Part shown: positions 21,809 through 32,957 of the stretch, piece after piece | Layout of the letters: the number at the start of each line of letters is the position of its first letter | Numbering within the stretch: the stretch's first letter is position 1 | From: Acholeplasmataceae bacterium | GTDB lineage: Bacteria > Bacillota_I > Bacilli_A > Acholeplasmatales > Acholeplasmataceae | DNA length: 64,000 nucleotides | Assembly: GCA_963675245.1 (NCBI GenBank) | Contig: OY775910.1 | Coordinates: 704,001-768,000, forward strand | Direction of reading: 5' to 3' | Translations under genes and position numbers: made by a program | Notes under the pieces: model-generated | The model's database searches: none | Told to the model about the DNA's origin: nothing | The model's input: only the letters and a program-made list of their open reading frames with translations

Positions 21809-23293
21809 TTATCTATTTTTTAAATGTGGGAACAAGATAACGTCTCTGATGTTTGGTGTGTTAGTAACAAGCATAATGAAACGGTCAATACCGATACCTA
21901 GACCACCGGTTGGTGGCATACCATACTCCAAGGCTTCTACGAAGTCAACATCCATTTCGTTTGCTTCATCATTGCCAAGTTCTTTTTCTTTTAATTGATT
22001 TTCAAATCGTTCTCTTTGATCAATTGGATCATTTAGTTCTGAGAATGCGTTTGCGTATTCACTCTTCATGATGAATAATTCAAAACGATCTGTAAAACGT
22101 GGATCTTCCTCGTTTTTCTTTGCTAATGGACTGATTTCAATTGGATGTCCATAAACCATCGTTGGTTGAATAATTGTATCTTCAACGAATTGATCAAAGA
22201 AGGCTTCAACGATATGTCCAAATGCGAAGTGTTTCTGTACGTCAACATGATGTTTCTTAGCAATCGCTTTTGCTTCCTCTAGCGTGAGTGATTGCCAGAA
22301 ATCAACACCAGTCACTTCTTTAATCGCGTCTACCATGTGAACTCTTTTCCAAGGTGCTTCCATGTGAAGTACTTGATCTTGGAATTGAATATCGTAAGTG
22401 CCTAAGATTTCTTTTGTGACAGTTGAAAGACAACCCTCGACAACATCCATCATATCACCCATATCTGCATATGCAAGATAGGCTTCAATGGTTGTGAATT
22501 CCGGATTATGTTTTGCATCCATACCTTCATTTCTAAATAGTCTACCAATTTCATAAACAGCTTCCATACCACCAACGATTAAACGTTTAAGTGGAAGTTC
22601 GGTTGCTATTCTTAAGTAGAAATCCATATCTAGTGTATTGTGATGTGTAACAAATGGTCGTGCAGCTGCACCACCTAAAACACTTTGTAAGACAGGTGTT
22701 TCAACTTCAATAAATCCTTTGGAATCAAAATAGTTTTGAATGGCACGAATGACTTTTGGTCTAGTCATAGCGACACGACGCGCATCTTCATTAACAATTA
22801 AATCAACATAACGACGACGTCTAGATTCCTCTTTATCTTGAAGACCATGAAATTTATCCGGAAGTGGTCTTAATGCTTTTGTTAAATGTGTGTATATGTC
22901 TGCTTTAACAGTTAACTCACCCGTATTCGTTCTAAATACATAACCTTTAATGCCGACGATGTCACCCAAATCAGATTGTTTAAAGACTTCATAAGCATCT
23001 TCACCGATAATGTCTTTTCTTACATAGACTTGAATTTGACCGTCACGATCTTGGATATGCATAAAACCAGCTTTACCTTGACGACGTTTTAAAACGATAC
23101 GTCCGGCAATGCTAACGACTGCGTGTTGTTCCTCTAAGGCATCATGATCGAATGCATCATATACATCAAAAATATCTTTTGTGTGATGAGTTCTTTCATA
23201 TTTTTGTCCAAAGGGATCAATTCCCTTTGTTTTAAGCTCGTGAGCCTTCTCTCTACGAACCTGCTGTTGTTCAGTTATGTCTTCTGGATACAT
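21809..23293 (-). CDS. lysS: Lysine--tRNA ligase (class II)
   Basis: [32 protein letters not shown]. Confidence 0.98.
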   Translation of the reverse strand: MYPEDITEQQQVRREKAHELKTKGIDPFGQKYERTHHTKDIFDVYDAFDHDALEEQHAVVSIAGRIVLKRRQGKAGFMHIQDRDGQIQVYVRKDIIGEDAYEVFKQSDLGDIVGIKGYVFRTNTGELTVKADIYTHLTKALRPLPDKFHGLQDKEESRRRRYVDLIVNEDARRVAMTRPKVIRAIQNYFDSKGFIEVETPVLQSVLGGAAARPFVTHHNTLDMDFYLRIATELPLKRLIVGGMEAVYEIGRLFRNEGMDAKHNPEFTTIEAYLAYADMGDMMDVVEGCLSTVTKEILGTYDIQFQDQVLHMEAPWKRVHMVDAIKEVTGVDFWQSLTLEEAKAIAKKHHVDVQKHFAFGHIVEAFFDQFVEDTIIQPTMVYGHPIEISPLAKKNEEDPRFTDRFELFIMKSEYANAFSELNDPIDQRERFENQLKEKELGNDEANEMDVDFVEALEYGMPPTGGLGIGIDRFIMLVTNTPNIRDVILFPHLKNR

Positions 23294-23348
23294 AAGGATC
23301 CTCCTTGTTTCTATTTAATATATTACCATAGAAAAAGCCATAAGTGCG

Positions 23349-23594
23349 TTATGGCTTTCGCTTTTCTTCAATCAGTTCATACATTAAATGGTCTTTAATT
23401 GGGGTAAGGCTTGTGACTTTAAGGGTAGTTGTTTTTTGGCCAAGTCGTAATGTTAATTCATCACCAACCTCAACATCTTTTGAAGGTTTAGCTACTTTTC
23501 CGTTTATTTCAACACGATCTTTTGTCGCCGCCTCTTTTGCAATCGTTCGACGTTTAATGATTCTAGCGACTTTTAAATACTTATCAAGCCGCAT
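23349..23594 (-). CDS. S4-domain RNA-binding protein (YabO/RqcP/HslR family)
   Basis: [30 protein letters not shown]. Confidence 0.9.
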   Translation of the reverse strand: MRLDKYLKVARIIKRRTIAKEAATKDRVEINGKVAKPSKDVEVGDELTLRLGQKTTTLKVTSLTPIKDHLMYELIEEKRKP

Positions 23595-25518
23595 CAGGAT
23601 TCAATTTAACATCAGCTTTTGGTTGATGTTTTTCTTCCCACCAAACAAGTTTACCTGTTTCATGAATTTCTTCAATATCTGATTGATTAAGTGTTTCTAC
23701 TTCAACCAAATAATGGGCAATTGCATCTAGTAATTTACGCTCATGTGTAATGATTTCTTTTGCTTCAATGTAACAATCGTTAATAATATGTCTTACTTCA
23801 CTGTCAATTTCAAGAGCTATTTGATCAGAGAAGTTCTTTTCTTTCATATAATCACGGCCTAAGAATACGTTACCACCTCTTTTTTCGTATTGGATAGGAC
23901 CGAGATCGGACATACCATATTCAGTGACCATTGCTCTAGCGATGGCTGTTGCATTTTGGAAGTCGTTATATGCACCTGTTGTGACTGTATCAAACACTGT
24001 TTCTTCAGCGACACGGCCACCAAGAAGAGAAGTAATTTTAGCAAGAAGCGAATGTTTCGTTTCTAAGAATTTTTCTTCTGCAGGGGTCATAAGGTTATAA
24101 CCACCAGCTTGTCCACGAGGGATAATCGTTACTTTTCTAACGATATTAGCATCTTTTAATTTTAAACCGATAACAGCGTGTCCCGCTTCATGATATGCAA
24201 CAGTTTTCTTTTCGCTTTCGGAATACTTACGGCTTTTCTTAGCTGGACCCATCATGACACGATCAATTGCTTCATCTAAATCTTTTGGTAAGACAGATGT
24301 TCTATTATCACGTGCGGCTAATAAAGCAGCTTCATTTAACAAGTTTTCAATATCAGCACCACTAAATCCTGGAATCTTTGTAGCGAATTCATCAAATTTA
24401 ATAGACACATCAAATTTTTTATTACGGGCATGAACTTTAAGAATTGCTTCACGACCTCTAACATCAGGAAGACTAATCGTAATTTGTCTATCAAAACGAC
24501 CAGGTCTTAACAGCGCAGGGTCTAATACATCAGGACGGTTGGTTGCTGCCATGATGATAATACCCATATTAGATGTGAAACCATCCATTTCAACGAGTAA
24601 TTGGTTAAGTGTTTGTTCACGTTCATCGTGACCACCACCAAGACCAGCACCACGTTGGCGACCAACAGCATCAATTTCATCAATGAATAAAATACATGGT
24701 GAATTCTCTTTAGCAACTTTAAACAAGTCCCTTACTCTAGAAGCACCGACCCCAACGAACATTTCAACAAAATCAGAACCTGAAATTGAGAAGAATGGGA
24801 CGTTTGCTTCACCAGCAACAGCCTTAGCTAATAATGTTTTACCTGTACCTGGAGAACCGACAAGAAGTACACCTTTAGGAATTCTGGCACCCATATCAAC
24901 ATATTTTTTAGGGGTTTTAAGGAAGTCAATAAGTTCTTCCATTTCTTGTTTTTCTTCTTCAACTCCAGCAACATCTTTAAATGTTACTGTTTTTTCACGG
25001 TTTAAACGGGCACGGTTTTTTGCGAAATCAAACGCTCTGTTATTTTGTGAGTTTGCATTTCTAAAGATAAAGAATAATGCACCGATAATCACAATCGTAG
25101 GAACAAGATAAATTAGAATTGTCCAAATATTAATACCAGATAATGGAATAATAGCTGTCGTACCGCCATAACCATCGACAACTTCTAAGATATAATCAGC
25201 ATCATCAATACGCATGGTGTTTTCAAATCCAACAGCACCACCATAATTGGCTTGATACTGCTCATAAAATGTACCTTTGATGGTAACAAGATCCCAGTTT
25301 TCTCCACCAACTAGTTCATACGAAACAGATTCAATATAATGATTTTCTGCAGCTGTAACTATTTCTGCAGGGCTTAGCTCAGTGGTTTGTTCAGATAATG
25401 CATCGCGTAAGAAAATAATAATCGCGATAACGATAATGATTGTGAAAATAATGATTAAATAATCAGGACGCTTCCTGAACTCAGGGCGTTTAGTAGGTTT
25501 TTTTGGTTGTTGATTCAT
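23584..25518 (-). CDS. ftsH: ATP-dependent zinc metalloprotease FtsH
   Basis: 2 [22 protein letters not shown]. Confidence 0.98.
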   Translation of the reverse strand: MNQQPKKPTKRPEFRKRPDYLIIIFTIIIVIAIIIFLRDALSEQTTELSPAEIVTAAENHYIESVSYELVGGENWDLVTIKGTFYEQYQANYGGAVGFENTMRIDDADYILEVVDGYGGTTAIIPLSGINIWTILIYLVPTIVIIGALFFIFRNANSQNNRAFDFAKNRARLNREKTVTFKDVAGVEEEKQEMEELIDFLKTPKKYVDMGARIPKGVLLVGSPGTGKTLLAKAVAGEANVPFFSISGSDFVEMFVGVGASRVRDLFKVAKENSPCILFIDEIDAVGRQRGAGLGGGHDEREQTLNQLLVEMDGFTSNMGIIIMAATNRPDVLDPALLRPGRFDRQITISLPDVRGREAILKVHARNKKFDVSIKFDEFATKIPGFSGADIENLLNEAALLAARDNRTSVLPKDLDEAIDRVMMGPAKKSRKYSESEKKTVAYHEAGHAVIGLKLKDANIVRKVTIIPRGQAGGYNLMTPAEEKFLETKHSLLAKITSLLGGRVAEETVFDTVTTGAYNDFQNATAIARAMVTEYGMSDLGPIQYEKRGGNVFLGRDYMKEKNFSDQIALEIDSEVRHIINDCYIEAKEIITHERKLLDAIAHYLVEVETLNQSDIEEIHETGKLVWWEEKHQPKADVKLNPDAA

Positions 25519-25532
25519 TCATACACCTCAAA

Positions 25533-26072
25533 TTATTTTGAATATACTTCTGGTTTAAGGATGCCCACATAAGGCAAGTTTCGATAAAGCTCATCATAGT
25601 CAAGACCATAACCGACGACGAATGCCTTCGGAATTGTTTTACCAATATAATCTGGAATAAAAGGCACAAGACGACCTTCTGGCTTATCTAACAATGTGAC
25701 GACTTTAACACTGGTTGCACCACGATGCTTAAATAACTTAACAATCGTGTCTAATGTTTTACCCGTATCGACAATGTCTTCAACGATTAAAACATTTCTT
25801 CCAGTGAGTGAAAAATCTAAATCCATTTTGATTTTAACATCACCAGATGAACTAATACCACCATGATAACTGCTAACGGACATATATGCTATTTCAACTG
25901 GTAAATCGATCTTTTTAGCAAGATCTGATAAGAAAGGTACACAACCTTTTAAAAGACCAACAAGAAGAAGATGCTTACCTTCATAATCTTTCGTTATTTG
26001 ATCACCTAACTGCTCACAAATGGTTCGAATGTCTTTTTCTGAGACGAGTATTTCGCTGACATCACGATGCAT
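25533..26072 (-). CDS. hpt: Hypoxanthine phosphoribosyltransferase
   Basis: LLKG, VLIVEDIVDTGKT, FVVGYGLD. Confidence 0.96.
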   Translation of the reverse strand: MHRDVSEILVSEKDIRTICEQLGDQITKDYEGKHLLLVGLLKGCVPFLSDLAKKIDLPVEIAYMSVSSYHGGISSSGDVKIKMDLDFSLTGRNVLIVEDIVDTGKTLDTIVKLFKHRGATSVKVVTLLDKPEGRLVPFIPDYIGKTIPKAFVVGYGLDYDELYRNLPYVGILKPEVYSK

Positions 26073-27354
26073 GGTCATTCTCCTTAAGTGCGAAGTATAA
26101 ACTATTTTCATTTCCTAATGTTTCATTCATATAATGATCTTGAACCCAAAGGATTTCACCCTCATTATCAACAAGAATCCATAATCTGTTTCTTGTTAAC
26201 ATAGGGACCTTTTCGTCTATCAAAAGCTTTTTAAGCTTTTTATGACCATAGGGATAAGATAACATATCTCCATCTTTACGGTACCGAAGCCATAAAGGAA
26301 ACGCTAATTTATTATAACATAATTTTTGTAATTCTTCAGTTTTGACGTGGGATTTATCTAAAAATGTGAAAATCGCCATATTCGGTAGTTTTGTTTCACC
26401 ATCTTTTACCTTAATAAGGACGTCAAGTGATGGTTTTAACACCTCAATTTCAGCAAGATCATAATGTCTTACAAAATAATGATTAGCATCAATTCGGTAA
26501 GTTTTATTTGGTGCTTTTTTATGAAGAATGTCTTTGATTGTAGAGATTTTTTCATAAGATACTTGCACACGCGCTTCTTCTAATAAATAGGCGATAATAT
26601 CGTCTTGAACAGCATCATCAAGTTTCAAGTAAGAAGGTATATTAATGATCTGTTTTCCTTTTAGATAAGCAAGTGATGTTTTTCTAATAAACCTAAATGC
26701 TGCAGTTAATTGATAATGAAATTGTTTGGTTTGATTAAGAAGATCACTGTTTTCTTGCATCATTACTGGCACAATTGCGTGACGATACCTGTTTCTTAAA
26801 TAAGCATCACCATCATTTGATTCATCTTCCATATAAGGGACTTCATTTACTTTTGCATATGCTATTAATTTTTCTTTAGAAATATATAAGAAAGGTTTTA
26901 TAAAGGTAATTTCCTTGTCTTTATGACATTGTTGCATGCCGGCATAACCAAGTAAATTACTGCCTCTTGTTAACTTCATCAAAACAGATTCCAAAAGATC
27001 ATCTAAATGATGTGCGGTTAAAATAAATCTCGCATGTGCAACTTTTGCGACATCATGTAAATACTGTTGTCTTAAAATGTGTGCTTGGTGGTGGAAATTA
27101 CCATCTTCAATATCAATTGTGTAGTAATGATAAGGAATATCATATAATGAGCAGTAATGCTTTACTAAATCCGCTTCCTCAGCCGATTGTTCTCTTTGTT
27201 GATGATTAAAATGGACAACTTCAATATTAAAATCTTGGCGTATGAAAAAATCCAGCATTGTCATTGAATCGACACCACCACTTACGGACAAGATTAATAA
27301 GTCTTTTTTTGAAATCCCGCAATCGGATTGTAATGCTTTTAACACTTTTTCCAT
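26062..27354 (-). CDS. tilS: tRNA(Ile)-lysidine synthetase
   Basis: SGGVDS PP-loop, TAHHLDD, RNRYRH; tilS-hpt-ftsH synteny. Confidence 0.95.
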   Translation of the reverse strand: MEKVLKALQSDCGISKKDLLILSVSGGVDSMTMLDFFIRQDFNIEVVHFNHQQREQSAEEADLVKHYCSLYDIPYHYYTIDIEDGNFHHQAHILRQQYLHDVAKVAHARFILTAHHLDDLLESVLMKLTRGSNLLGYAGMQQCHKDKEITFIKPFLYISKEKLIAYAKVNEVPYMEDESNDGDAYLRNRYRHAIVPVMMQENSDLLNQTKQFHYQLTAAFRFIRKTSLAYLKGKQIINIPSYLKLDDAVQDDIIAYLLEEARVQVSYEKISTIKDILHKKAPNKTYRIDANHYFVRHYDLAEIEVLKPSLDVLIKVKDGETKLPNMAIFTFLDKSHVKTEELQKLCYNKLAFPLWLRYRKDGDMLSYPYGHKKLKKLLIDEKVPMLTRNRLWILVDNEGEILWVQDHYMNETLGNENSLYFALKENDHAS

Positions 27355-27455
27355 AGGAACCTCCACCACCTTCATTATAACACTTGTTTACGTAAAGAAG
27401 GAGATGCATATGATTACTCTCATGTTATAATGATACCGTTAAAGGAGGCACGGTT

Positions 27456-28010
27456 ATGCTTATATTGGCTAGTGGTTCACCTAGACGTGCAAAATTACTT
27501 AAAGATGCGGGACTTCAATTTACAACCATTGTTAGTGATATTGAAGAGATATTTGATCCTAATCAAAAACCTGAAGAAATTGTTGTAAATCTCGCTTTAC
27601 AAAAGGCAAATTCTGTGTTTTTAAACCACTCGGAAGATACAGTTATTGCTGCTGACACGATTGTTGTTTTTGGTGATAGAATTCTTGGTAAACCTCAAGA
27701 TGAAAAAGAAGCGTATGACATGTTAAAACTTCTTTCCAATGAAACACATGAAGTATATACGGGAGTTGCCATTTTAAAAGGCGATCAAAAACGATCATTT
27801 TATACAAAAAGTGAAGTTACAATGAAAGCTTTATCCGATTTAGAAATCAATAATTATATCAGTACCGGAGAACCAATGGACAAAGCTGGTGCTTACGGTA
27901 TTCAAAGTGGTGGCGGTGAACTCGTTGATCACTTTAGTGGTGACTTCTTCACCATTGTTGGCTTACCATTAAAAGATGTCTTACAAACATTAAAAGAAAT
28001 AGAAGCCTGA
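27456..28010 (+). CDS. maf: Maf-family nucleotide pyrophosphatase
   Basis: LILASGSPRR, AADT, KAGAYGIQ, VGLP. Confidence 0.95.
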   Translation: MLILASGSPRRAKLLKDAGLQFTTIVSDIEEIFDPNQKPEEIVVNLALQKANSVFLNHSEDTVIAADTIVVFGDRILGKPQDEKEAYDMLKLLSNETHEVYTGVAILKGDQKRSFYTKSEVTMKALSDLEINNYISTGEPMDKAGAYGIQSGGGELVDHFSGDFFTIVGLPLKDVLQTLKEIEA

Positions 28011-28111
28011 TGAACCAGGCTTTTTCTATGCTGTTGTAGAGATATAGTATAAAAACGTATATAATATATGTATCAATGAATGTTAAATGAAGCAGTTAAA
28101 GGGGTGTCAAT

Positions 28112-30427
28112 ATGACATTTGAAGATAAAACAAAACTATTAGAAGGATATAATGTTTGGCAAACAAAGCCACTTAATAATTTGCCATCAATCACGATGGC
28201 TGATGGTCCTCATGGTATTAGAAAACAAGTTGATATTAATGATACTGTTGGTGCAAAAGGCAGCACAAATGCGACTTGCTTCCCAACTGCCAGCCTTATG
28301 GCTTGTAGTTTTGATAGAGAGCTCATTAAAAAGCAAGCAACACTTATTGGTAAGGAAGCAAGACATTTTGGTGTAAATATTGTTTTAGGTCCAGGAATTA
28401 ACATCAAAAGAAGCCCACTTTGCGGACGTAATTTTGAATATTATTCAGAAGATCCTAAATTATCTGGTGAATATGGCGCAGAATTCGTGCGTGGATTAGA
28501 AGATCAAGGTGTTGGAGCAACCCCTAAACATTTTTTCTGTAACAATCAAGAAAAACATCGTTTCACAGTCAATAGTATTGTTGATGAGCGCGCCCTGCAT
28601 GAAATCTATTTAGCACCATTTAAACGAGTGATTGCAGAAAACCCAGCGCAATTGATGACAAGTTATAATCTCATTAATGGTTATTATGCAGCGGAACATC
28701 CAATCATCAATAATCTTGTTAGAAATCGTTGGGGATATCAAGGCGTTATCGTCTCCGATTGGGGTGGTATTAATCATCGTCCAGCATCCATATTAGCGTC
28801 ATGTGATTTAGAAATGCCTAATTCACAAGGGTATCACACACATATACTCTTTAATGTGGCACAACATGATGTTGATTTAAAAAGACAAATCGATAGATCT
28901 GCTGAACGTATTACACAATTAGTCCATCACTACTCCAAAACAGAACCAATCGAAGTTGATTTTGATAAGCATCATGAACAAGCAAGACTAATGGCGCGAG
29001 AATCAATGGTGCTATTAAGAAACAAAGACAACATATTACCTTTAAATGATAAAGAAAATGTCGCGATTATTTCTGGTTTTATTGATCATATAAGATATCA
29101 AGGTGGTGGATCATCACATATTAATCCAACACAAGTACCACAAATTAAACATATAATTGAAAACTACTCTAAAAATGCTAAAGTAGCTAAAGGTTTTAGA
29201 CTAGACGTTAAAACAAACGACAAAAAAATGATGCTAGAAGCGTTAGAACTAGCTAATCAAGCAAAAAAAGTTGTTTATATTGTTGGTGTTCCTGAGAAAT
29301 ACGAATCCGAAGGGTTCGACAGACTACACCTAAATATTCCACAAAATCAAATTGATTTATATCATGAAATATATAAATATAATCAAAACATCATTGTTGT
29401 TATATTAGGTGGATCAGTGATTAATGTTGAGTTTGCTGAATCAGCAAGAGGTATGCTTGCGGCATATTTAGGTGGTCAAGCAGCAAGCCAAGCTATATTA
29501 GACATACTCTATGGACGTGTAAATCCTTCGGGGAGATTAGCAGAAACATGGATTGATGATGCTAAAGAATGCAATGTTGAAATCTCTGATGATAATCACG
29601 CGATTTATTATGATGAATCTATATTCGTCGGGTATCGTTATTATGAAACGTTTAAAAAACAAACGAGATTTCCATTTGGTTATGGATTAAGTTATACCAA
29701 ATTCAGTTATAAAGATTTAACAGTCAAGCAAAGTGATGAAGACTATCATGTTAGTGTTACTGTTAGAAATATGGGACAAATTCTAGGTAAAGAGGTTGTT
29801 CAAATCTATGTGAAAAGCAATGAATCATCTGTTTTTAAAGCGACGAGAGAACTTAAAGCGTTTGATAAAATTGAATTAAAACCAGGTGAAGAAAAGACCG
29901 TATCATTTAAGCTTTTCAGAGATGATTTCGCATATTATGATTGGATTCAAAAGCGTTGGAATGTAGAAGAAGGCGACTATGTCATCGAAGTTGGTAAAAA
30001 TGCAAGACACATCATTGATGGTGTAGAAATTCATGTTCAAGGTCGAGAAATCAAACATCCTCTTATTAGCTATAATCAATATCACTATAATACATCAGAC
30101 TTTATTAAATTATATGGTAAATCATTACCACCTAAAAAGATTAAAGCGAAACGACCATTTACGATTAATAATACGTTAAATGATGTAAGTTCAACGCTCA
30201 TCGGTAGAATCTTTAGAAAACAAGCAATTAGACGTTCTAAAGCAGCGATTACTGGAGAAGTAGATCCCGCGATGCAAGAAGTCACACGCAGAGCGATTGT
30301 CGAAACACCCATGCGCATGCATAGTATTTTCAGCAATAAAGCAGTATCGCTTCAACAAATTGAAGGCATGATTGATATCATTAATTTAAAATTTAAAACA
30401 GGATTTAAGAAGTTGCGAAAAAAATAG
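28112..30427 (+). CDS. GH3 beta-glucosidase with Fn3-like domain
   Basis: ADGPHG, GRNFEYYSEDP, KHF, SDW nucleophile, FVGYRYY, FPFGYGLSYT. Confidence 0.95.
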   Translation: MTFEDKTKLLEGYNVWQTKPLNNLPSITMADGPHGIRKQVDINDTVGAKGSTNATCFPTASLMACSFDRELIKKQATLIGKEARHFGVNIVLGPGINIKRSPLCGRNFEYYSEDPKLSGEYGAEFVRGLEDQGVGATPKHFFCNNQEKHRFTVNSIVDERALHEIYLAPFKRVIAENPAQLMTSYNLINGYYAAEHPIINNLVRNRWGYQGVIVSDWGGINHRPASILASCDLEMPNSQGYHTHILFNVAQHDVDLKRQIDRSAERITQLVHHYSKTEPIEVDFDKHHEQARLMARESMVLLRNKDNILPLNDKENVAIISGFIDHIRYQGGGSSHINPTQVPQIKHIIENYSKNAKVAKGFRLDVKTNDKKMMLEALELANQAKKVVYIVGVPEKYESEGFDRLHLNIPQNQIDLYHEIYKYNQNIIVVILGGSVINVEFAESARGMLAAYLGGQAASQAILDILYGRVNPSGRLAETWIDDAKECNVEISDDNHAIYYDESIFVGYRYYETFKKQTRFPFGYGLSYTKFSYKDLTVKQSDEDYHVSVTVRNMGQILGKEVVQIYVKSNESSVFKATRELKAFDKIELKPGEEKTVSFKLFRDDFAYYDWIQKRWNVEEGDYVIEVGKNARHIIDGVEIHVQGREIKHPLISYNQYHYNTSDFIKLYGKSLPPKKIKAKRPFTINNTLNDVSSTLIGRIFRKQAIRRSKAAITGEVDPAMQEVTRRAIVETPMRMHSIFSNKAVSLQQIEGMIDIINLKFKTGFKKLRKK

Positions 30428-30450
30428 GACATCACTCGATGTCCTTTTTT
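30421..30450. terminator. Bidirectional terminator overlapping the GH3 and hslO stops
   Basis: aggacatc-actc-gatgtcct flanked by A and T tracts. Confidence 0.75.
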
Positions 30451-31325
30451 CTACTTTCTTTGATTGCTAATAATTCATCCTTTTCGTAACGGTACTTCTT
30501 ATGGCAGAAATGACATTCGACTTCCGCGTGACCATCTTCCTCAATCATGTCATCTAAACTCTGATCATCAAGTGTTGATAGTGATCTCGCGAAACGTTCC
30601 TTAGAACAATTACAGACATAAGCAATAGGTCTTTTTGATAATATTTCTTCTGTACCATCCGACAATCTATGCATGATATCTTCAGGTGTTTCTCCTTGTT
30701 CGATGAGTGTAGAAATGGGTGGTATTGAAGATATAATCTTCTCGATTTTGGTTATCACGTCATCTGGACAACCAGGCATTAACTGCAAAATATAACCACC
30801 GGCAGCTAAGACGCTTTGATCAATGTTCACAAGAACACCTACACCAACGGATGATGGTATTTGATCAGATAGTGTGAAATAGTAGGTAAAGTCATCTCCG
30901 ATTTCACCGGTTTGTAATTCGGAAGAAGATGTGAAATACTCACGCATATTCAAATCTTTTGTCACAAATAAAAAGCCACGTCCCACAGCAGCACCCACAT
31001 TTAACTTGCCTGCATTGGGACCACTGTTATATGTTAAGTAAACTTCAGGATTCGCTATCTCTCCACGAACTTCACCACTACCATCAGCTTCGACAGTCAT
31101 GGACCCGATTGGACCATCACCTTTAATACGGACAGTAATTCGCTCACCCTCCTTATACATGAGCCCCATCATCGCGGAAACAGTTAAAACACGACCTAAA
31201 GCAGCTGTCGCAGTTGGCCATGTTTGATGTCGTTTTCTAGCTTCATTCACAAGCGCTGTTGATGATGCGGTATAGATTCTTACAGATTTATTATAAGCAT
31301 ATCCGATTAATGCATAATCATTCAT
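30432..31325 (-). CDS. hslO: Hsp33 redox-regulated chaperone
   Basis: CNCS...CHFC zinc motif, AAGGYILQLMP. Confidence 0.95.
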   Translation of the reverse strand: MNDYALIGYAYNKSVRIYTASSTALVNEARKRHQTWPTATAALGRVLTVSAMMGLMYKEGERITVRIKGDGPIGSMTVEADGSGEVRGEIANPEVYLTYNSGPNAGKLNVGAAVGRGFLFVTKDLNMREYFTSSSELQTGEIGDDFTYYFTLSDQIPSSVGVGVLVNIDQSVLAAGGYILQLMPGCPDDVITKIEKIISSIPPISTLIEQGETPEDIMHRLSDGTEEILSKRPIAYVCNCSKERFARSLSTLDDQSLDDMIEEDGHAEVECHFCHKKYRYEKDELLAIKESRKKDIE

Positions 31326-31399
31326 TTTTTCACCTCAAACATATTGTAGCATATTTGATTGTCTATAGCGTTTCATGCTACAATGAATCGGGTGATTAA

Positions 31400-32374
31400 A
31401 TGTCATTTAAAATAGGAAATTTAGTGATTGAAAACAAGATTATATTAGCTCCTATGGCAGGTGTTTCAAATAGTTCTTTCCGCACATTAGCGAGACGTTA
31501 TGGTGCGGGTTTAGTGTATGCTGAAATGGTATCCGACAAAGGGTTATTGCATCAAAACGAAAAGACATTAGATCTGCTTTATATGACTGATTATGAGCGT
31601 CCAATGGCGCAACAAATCTTTGGTGCTGATAAAGAAACAATGGTTGAAGCAGCGATTTATGTTGATCAACACAGCAACTGCGATATTATTGATATTAATA
31701 TGGGTTGTCCTGTTCCTAAAGTGGCCGTTAAAGCCCAAGCGGGGGCATCACTTATGAAAGATCCAGATAAAATATTTGATATCATTAAAGCGATTAAAGA
31801 AAACGTCTCAAAACCGATCACAGTCAAAATAAGAGCTGGCTGGGATGATAGTAGTAAAAACGCTGTAGAGGTAGCAAAAAAAGCAGAAGCCGCTGGGGCT
31901 AGTGCGATTGCTGTTCATGGTAGAACACGCGCACAAGGTTATAGTGGATTTGCTGATTTAGAAATCATTAAAGCAGTGAAAGAAAACGTCTCTATCCCTG
32001 TCATTGGTAATGGTGATGTTAAAGATGGTCCCTCAGCTAAACGTATGCTTGACTATACGGGTTGTGATGCGGTTATGATAGGCAGGGGTGCGTTAGGTAA
32101 CCCCTGGGTCTTTAGAGAGATTGAAGCATACTTAAAAGATGGTACTATTTTAGAAAAACCATCCCTTGAAGAAATTAAGGAAATGATGTTAACACATCTT
32201 GATTCTTTGGTTAAATTAAAAGGAGAAAAAGTAGCTTGTCTAGAGATGAGAAGTCATGGACCTTGGTACTTAAAAGGTATTCCTCATGCGAGTGATCTTA
32301 GAGCAATTCTAAGCAGAACAAGTACACAAGAAGATTTTGTTAAGGCTGTAACTGATTTTTTTAACAGCCATTAA
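31400..32374 (+). CDS. dusB: tRNA-dihydrouridine synthase DusB
   Basis: LAPMAG, DINMGCP, VHGRT, GNGDV, MIGRG. Confidence 0.95.
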   Translation: MSFKIGNLVIENKIILAPMAGVSNSSFRTLARRYGAGLVYAEMVSDKGLLHQNEKTLDLLYMTDYERPMAQQIFGADKETMVEAAIYVDQHSNCDIIDINMGCPVPKVAVKAQAGASLMKDPDKIFDIIKAIKENVSKPITVKIRAGWDDSSKNAVEVAKKAEAAGASAIAVHGRTRAQGYSGFADLEIIKAVKENVSIPVIGNGDVKDGPSAKRMLDYTGCDAVMIGRGALGNPWVFREIEAYLKDGTILEKPSLEEIKEMMLTHLDSLVKLKGEKVACLEMRSHGPWYLKGIPHASDLRAILSRTSTQEDFVKAVTDFFNSH

Positions 32375-32463
32375 GGAAGCGTATCGAAGTGGTTATAACG
32401 AGCTGCACTCGAAATGCAGTTGTCTGAAAGGACACGTGGGTTCGAATCCCACCGCTTCCGCCA
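32375..32463 (+). tRNA. tRNA-Ser (CGA)
   Basis: GGAAGCG/CGCTTCC acceptor, anticodon stem CTGCA-CTCGAAA-TGCAG, long variable arm, GGTTCGAATCC, encoded CCA. Confidence 0.95.
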
Positions 32464-32473
32464 GTTATCTGAT

Positions 32474-32500
32474 AAAGGTTGCTCTAATAAGCAACTTTTT
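32474..32500 (+). terminator. Terminator after tRNA-Ser
   Basis: aaaggttgct...agcaactttt. Confidence 0.7.
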
Positions 32501-32544
32501 GTATATTTTACATGGTATAATAAAGAAAAAATATAGGTGGCATT

Positions 32545-32871
32545 ATGACTTTGAATGAACTACAAACTTTAATCAAAAAATTCGTTGATGAAAGAAACAT
32601 TGGAACAAGCACAGAAAACAGAATGCTAGATTTATTATCAGAATCAGGAGAGCTTGCAAAAGAAGTCTTAAAAGGATCTGATTATGGCAAAAGACTTTTT
32701 ATAAAAAATAAAGCATTTGATGCTGAGTTCGGTGATGTGTTTTTTTCATTAGTCTGTTTAGCAAATCAAACAGATATTAATCTAGAAACATTAATTGTTA
32801 ACGCCTTAGATAAATATGATAAGCGATTTAAAGAACATCATCACATCGGATCAGTGAATAAAAAGGGTTGA
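32545..32871 (+). CDS. MazG-like nucleotide pyrophosphohydrolase
   Basis: SESGELAKE...EFGDVFF (ExxE/ExxD) motifs. Confidence 0.85.
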   Translation: MTLNELQTLIKKFVDERNIGTSTENRMLDLLSESGELAKEVLKGSDYGKRLFIKNKAFDAEFGDVFFSLVCLANQTDINLETLIVNALDKYDKRFKEHHHIGSVNKKG

Positions 32872-32957
32872 GTATTGGCTCAAACCTTAAGTCACATTAA
32901 GCATAATTTGTTATATTGCGATTATCATGATTTTAGAAGTAGATTGGAGGCATAAAT

